Notes under the pieces: generated by a model
Database searches by the model: none
What the model was told of the DNA's origin: nothing
What the model saw: only the letters and a program-made list of their open reading frames with translations
In this document: in pieces, positions 24,497-25,167 of the stretch
Layout of the letters: each line of letters opens with the position of its first letter
Numbering within the stretch: position 1 is the first letter of the stretch
IMG/VR virus record: IMGVR_UViG_3300028594_000059
Span: 1-25,167 of that record
Direction: 5' to 3' (one strand)
DNA length: 25,167 nucleotides
DNA from: a virus
Taxonomy: Duplodnaviria; Caudoviricetes
Translations under genes and position numbers: made by a program

Positions 24497-24877
24497 TTAC
24501 GCAACCGCAGCAGTTACCTCTGATGCATCAATTTCGATAATCTGTCCGTTCGCAACTTGGATAAAGCGACGATCCCCAGCATTACATACCTCATAAATTC
24601 CGTCGGTGAGATTAAAGCTTTTGTCCATCATGTTATATTCTGATTCTCTTACAAATTCGCGATTAAAACGAAAACGCGGGTGAGTGCCTGTGATTTTAGC
24701 TACCCATGACTTGTGCTTGCGGCTCCCTGATGTAGTAGTAAGAGTAGCGACCTTTGGAGCTTTAACCTCAGCCCAAGCCATTTTAAGTGCCATTGCAAAG
24801 TATTCTTTTACCGATCCACCAAATTTGCTTTGCCCATCCTTTGCAATTTCCCAAGCTCTCACCATCACGTTTTTCAT
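24497..24877 (-). CDS. Phage hypothetical protein (126 aa)
   Basis: Strong SD AAGGAGG; N-terminal M.RAWEIAK..FGG..EYF..ALKMAW helical module and GSRKHKSWVAKITG domain. Confidence 0.8.
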   Translation of the reverse strand: MKNVMVRAWEIAKDGQSKFGGSVKEYFAMALKMAWAEVKAPKVATLTTTSGSRKHKSWVAKITGTHPRFRFNREFVRESEYNMMDKSFNLTDGIYEVCNAGDRRFIQVANGQIIEIDASEVTAAVA

Positions 24878-24905
24878 TTTAATTTCCTCCTTCTTATTTT
24901 TGGTA

Positions 24906-24921
24906 AGGGGCCGAAGCCCCT
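24906..24921 (-). promoter_or_regulatory. C(UUCG)G tetraloop hairpin between minus-strand genes
   Basis: Minus strand AGGGGC-TTCG-GCCCCT with no U-tract behind it, so more likely a stabilising or processing element than a terminator. Confidence 0.5.
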
Positions 24922-24925
24922 CAAT

Positions 24926-25123
24926 TTAAATCCTCGTAATATTTACTGGCTTCTCCCAATCTTCGACCATTTCCTGCTCATCTTCGATTTGCTCCCAGTT
25001 ATCAACAACTTCCCAAGTGACTTCATGGTCATTGCCTTCCGTATCCTCGGCAGATGCTCTATAATATGGTGTTTCGTCTGCCGCGCCATCGATGTAGGGT
25101 TGCTGGGTCAATGTCCACCACAC
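24926..25123 (-). CDS. Small, very acidic Trp-rich hypothetical protein (start GTG 25123 or TTG 25111)
   Basis: ORF bounded upstream by in-frame TAA 25135-25133; D/E-rich sequence. Confidence 0.7.
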   Translation of the reverse strand: MWWTLTQQPYIDGAADETPYYRASAEDTEGNDHEVTWEVVDNWEQIEDEQEMVEDWEKPVNITRI

Positions 25124-25167
25124 CTTTACCTGTTAACGGAAGTGAGCATTCTTTCAATATTTTCGGA

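Larger units (their letters stand above)
1..25167. mobile_element. Siphovirus-type temperate phage/prophage late region (packaging, head, tail, lysis, post-lysin accessory genes); both ends lie outside the window
   Basis: Canonical order of TerS, TerL, portal, protease, capsid, connectors, MTP, chaperones, TMP, tail tip, holin and amidase; Firmicutes-style SD sequences (GGAGG/GGTGA). No integrase or att site is visible. Confidence 0.97.

Noticed and set aside
1-25167. CRISPR array, tRNA/rRNA genes and att sites; the many short antisense or alternate-frame track ORFs within structural genes
   Set aside because: No periodic repeats, cloverleaf or integrase context was seen by eye. The shadow ORFs lack RBS and motifs and overlap well-supported genes.

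Overview
The window is the late (morphogenesis and lysis) half of a Bacillaceae-type temperate siphovirus or prophage. Gene order is HNH, cos?, TerS, TerL, HK97 portal, ClpP-type protease, capsid, collagen-like head fibre, head-tail joining genes, major tail protein, tail chaperones, tape measure (TMP), tail tip and fibre genes, XhlA-like protein, holin and amidase. A reverse-strand cluster of small genes follows the lysin. The very acidic proteins suggest a halophilic host. Much of the interesting structure is missing from the ORF track. (1) A complete 959-nt group I intron (10828-11786) splits the TMP gene and carries a zinc-finger/HNH endonuclease in the P5 loop. (2) A probable +1 frameshift (UCC-UGA) adds an Ig domain to the tail tube protein. 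(3) A -1 frameshift region has three in-frame slippery heptamers. (4) Three conserved genes (HNH, tail hub, holin) appear to start at ATC/ATA. (5) The endolysin has an internal RBS and ATG. (6) A roughly 65-nt sRNA with a promoter and terminator converges on a cationic peptide gene. (7) There are several morons and a candidate anti-defence operon. All family assignments come from motif recognition by eye; no searches were run.
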